From a virus (Duplodnaviria; Caudoviricetes), in IMG/VR virus record IMGVR_UViG_3300048591_000573, positions 1-25,209 of that record: DNA of 25,209 nt; one strand, 5' to 3'. The notes beneath the pieces were generated by a model that was given only the letters and a program-made list of their open reading frames with translations, did no database searches and had not been told where the DNA came from. Below are positions 23,144 through 25,209 of the stretch, one piece after another; the stretch's first letter is position 1; the number at the start of each line of letters is the position of its first letter. The position numbers and the translations under genes were made by a program.

Positions 23144-23790
23144 AACCAGAATTCCTGGCTGACCTGATCGACCGTTTCTTCGACGCGGCGATCGCGCCGT
23201 TCGCAGATCGTCTCGCCGTGATTGAAGCGCGGCCCGCGCCGCAGGACGGCAAGTCGGTGGCGCTCGAAGACGTGAGGCCACTGGTGGCCGAGCTCGTCGA
23301 GGATCGCATAAGGACCCTGCCGCCGCCCAAGGACGGCGAGCCTGGCAAGTCGGTCACCGTCGGCGAGGTGGTCGAGGCCCTCGAACCACGCATCGAGGCC
23401 GCGATCGCCCGCGCCGTGCTCGACGTGGAGCGCCGCGCGCAGGGCGTGCTCGAGCGCGCCGTCGAGCGGATGCCGAAGCCGACAGACGGCAAGGACGGCG
23501 CCGACGGGTTCAGCCTCGACGACCTGCAGATCGAGGACGACGGCGAGGGCATGCTCACGTTGCGCTTCGTGCGCGGGGAGTTGGTACGCGAGCGCACCAT
23601 TCGACTGCCGTCGGTGTCGGATCGCGGCGTGTTCCGCGAGGGCGACGACTACCGCAAGGGTGCCGGCGTCAGCTTTGGTGGCTCGTGGTGGATTGCCCAG
23701 AAGGACGCGCCCCAGGGCAAGCCCGGAAGCTCGGAAGATTGGCGCCTGGCCGTCAAGCGCGGCCGCGACGGACGGGATAGCGAGAAATGA
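23140..23790 (+). CDS. Portal-associated head protein with KDG repeats
   Basis: DGKSV repeats, DGKDGADG, RGVF.EG..Y..G..V..GGS.WIA, W.LAVK.GRDG.D. Confidence 0.8.
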   Translation: MKPEFLADLIDRFFDAAIAPFADRLAVIEARPAPQDGKSVALEDVRPLVAELVEDRIRTLPPPKDGEPGKSVTVGEVVEALEPRIEAAIARAVLDVERRAQGVLERAVERMPKPTDGKDGADGFSLDDLQIEDDGEGMLTLRFVRGELVRERTIRLPSVSDRGVFREGDDYRKGAGVSFGGSWWIAQKDAPQGKPGSSEDWRLAVKRGRDGRDSEK

Positions 23791-24143
23791 CCCCGTCACT
23801 CGTCACCCTCGAGCAGGCCAAGGACCAGTGCGAGGTCATCGGCACGGACCAGGATGTGAAGATCACGCAGCTCGTGCGCGCGGCCTCGGCTGCGGTGCTG
23901 AACTACCTGGGCGACGGCGCTGATTTCTTCCTCGACAGCAGCGGCTGGGTCGACCCCGAGCCCGACTCGAGCGGCATTTCGATCGTGCCCGCCGAGGTCC
24001 AGCAGGCGACGTTGCTGCTGGTGGAGGAGTTCTTCGCACACCGCGGCAGCGACGGCGGCCAGGGTGCGCAGTGGGCGCAGGGCTTCCTGCCGCCCGTCGT
24101 GACGGCGCTGCTTTACCCGCTGAGGGACCCGGCGCTTGGGTGA
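23787..24143 (+). CDS. Head-tail connector (HK97 gp6-like)
   Basis: LVTLEQAK, AAS..VLNYL, VP..V..ATLLLV, LP..V.ALLYPLRDP. Confidence 0.9.
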   Translation: MTPSLVTLEQAKDQCEVIGTDQDVKITQLVRAASAAVLNYLGDGADFFLDSSGWVDPEPDSSGISIVPAEVQQATLLLVEEFFAHRGSDGGQGAQWAQGFLPPVVTALLYPLRDPALG

Positions 24144-24774
24144 GTGGAGCGTGCCGCGCCTGTGGCCGTGTCAGACAGTCGCCATCCTGGCCAGCGGGCC
24201 GAGCCTCACCCGGGAGCAGTGCGAGCAGGTGCGCGGCCGCTGCCGGGTGATCGCGGTCAGCAACCAGGGCATCGACAACGACGTGAACGGCCAGACGGTC
24301 CCGGCCTTCGCGCCGTGGGCCGACGCGCTGTACGCCGCGGACGCGAAGTGGTGGAAGTGCTACGCCGACCGGGCGCTCAAGTTCGCCGGCATCAAGGTCT
24401 CTATCCGGCCGGACGCAGGCTACCCGGAGGTGCACACGCTGCAGCCGTCCGACCGCCGGCCGTTCGACGACCGTCCGACGCACCTGGTGACCGGCAGCAA
24501 CTCCGGCTACCAGGCGCTGCACCTGGCGGTGCACTTCGGCGCGACGCGGATCGTGCTGCTGGGCTACGACATGCAGGACACCGGCGGCAAGCGCCACTGG
24601 TTCGGCAACCATCCGGGCCCGCTCAACACGCGCAACCCGTTCGCGACGTTCCTGAAGCGCTTCGGCGAGCTCGCGCCGGCCCTGACGCAACGCGGGATCG
24701 AGGTCATCAACTGCACGCCGACGACGGCGCTGCGGTGTTTTCGGCTCGCGCCACTGGCGGAGGTGTTCCCTTGA
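24136..24774 (+). CDS. Maf/DUF115 (GT42-like fold) putative glycosyltransferase
   Basis: ILASGPSL, VIAV.N, A.D..WW, SNSGYQAL.LA...GA..I.LLGYD, HW.G.H, VINCT..TAL..F. Confidence 0.7.
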   Translation: MGEWSVPRLWPCQTVAILASGPSLTREQCEQVRGRCRVIAVSNQGIDNDVNGQTVPAFAPWADALYAADAKWWKCYADRALKFAGIKVSIRPDAGYPEVHTLQPSDRRPFDDRPTHLVTGSNSGYQALHLAVHFGATRIVLLGYDMQDTGGKRHWFGNHPGPLNTRNPFATFLKRFGELAPALTQRGIEVINCTPTTALRCFRLAPLAEVFP

Positions 24775-25109
24775 TCGAGGCCGGCAGACTGCGACACCGG
24801 GTCACGATCGAGCAGCGCTCGGACGTCCAGGACCCGACGACCGGCGCGATGGTGCCGGCGTGGACGGTGTTCGCCGACGGCGTGCCCGCCGCGATCGAGG
24901 ACCTGAGCGTGCGCGAGTTCCTGGCTGGCCAGGCGCTGCAGTCGGCCGTGACCACCCGGATAACGATCCGCCGCATGGACGGGCTCACGGCCGACATGCG
25001 CATCAAGCACGGCGACCGGGTCTACAACCCGCAGGGGTTCCTGGCCGACAAGGGCTCGGGCCGGGTGTACCTGACGATTCCTTGCAGCGAAGGCGTCAAC
25101 GATGGCTAG
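24771..25109 (+). CDS. Head closure protein / head-tail adaptor (SPP1 gp16-like)
   Basis: GGAGG RBS with TTG; AG.LRHRVTI, QDP.TG....W, LS.REF, RITIR, MRI, YLT.PCS.G.NDG. Confidence 0.92.
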   Translation: MIEAGRLRHRVTIEQRSDVQDPTTGAMVPAWTVFADGVPAAIEDLSVREFLAGQALQSAVTTRITIRRMDGLTADMRIKHGDRVYNPQGFLADKGSGRVYLTIPCSEGVNDG

Positions 25110-25209
25110 CTTTGCGACGCAACTGCTGCGCGCCCGTGGCCGCTCCCTGAGCCGGCCCGGATCCAGCCCGTTCGACCTGGACGTCAGCATCACCGCGAAG
25201 GGTGACGTC
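25102..25209 (+). CDS. Start of the next structural gene (HK97 gp10 position), truncated
   Basis: ATG overlaps the end of the upstream gene; open to the window edge (MASFATQLLRARG...). Confidence 0.55.
   Translation, partial: MASFATQLLRARGRSLSRPGSSPFDLDVSITAKGDV

Overview
This 25.2 kb high-GC window comes from a temperate lambdoid siphovirus with an HK97/D3-type head, probably infecting a Proteobacterium. It reads as the circular (excised) genome, because an intact attP (3' half of tRNA-Arg(CCT) with arm sites) and a candidate cos both lie inside the window. Gene order: tail tip and DUF2793 protein; lysis cassette; attP; int/xis; leftward early genes with a truncated recT; pL, cI/cro switch and pR; a TcmP-like methylase, small HNH and DUF5131 radical-SAM-motif module; nin-like genes, VRR-NUC and Q; pR' with terminators; a secreted Fn3 protein; HNH, terS and terL; protease, capsid and portal; head-completion genes. 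The most notable features are: (1) no recognisable replication initiator, with a TcmP/radical-SAM module and a structured G-rich non-coding element in its place; (2) a Maf/GT42-like transferase in the head-tail module together with recurring GSP/DSSG motifs in virion proteins, a possible virion glycosylation system; (3) a holin fused to an internal lipoprotein; (4) endolysin replacement next to an inverted HNH gene; (5) an integrase with Asp at the first catalytic Arg position. All family calls are motif recognition by eye, not database searches.
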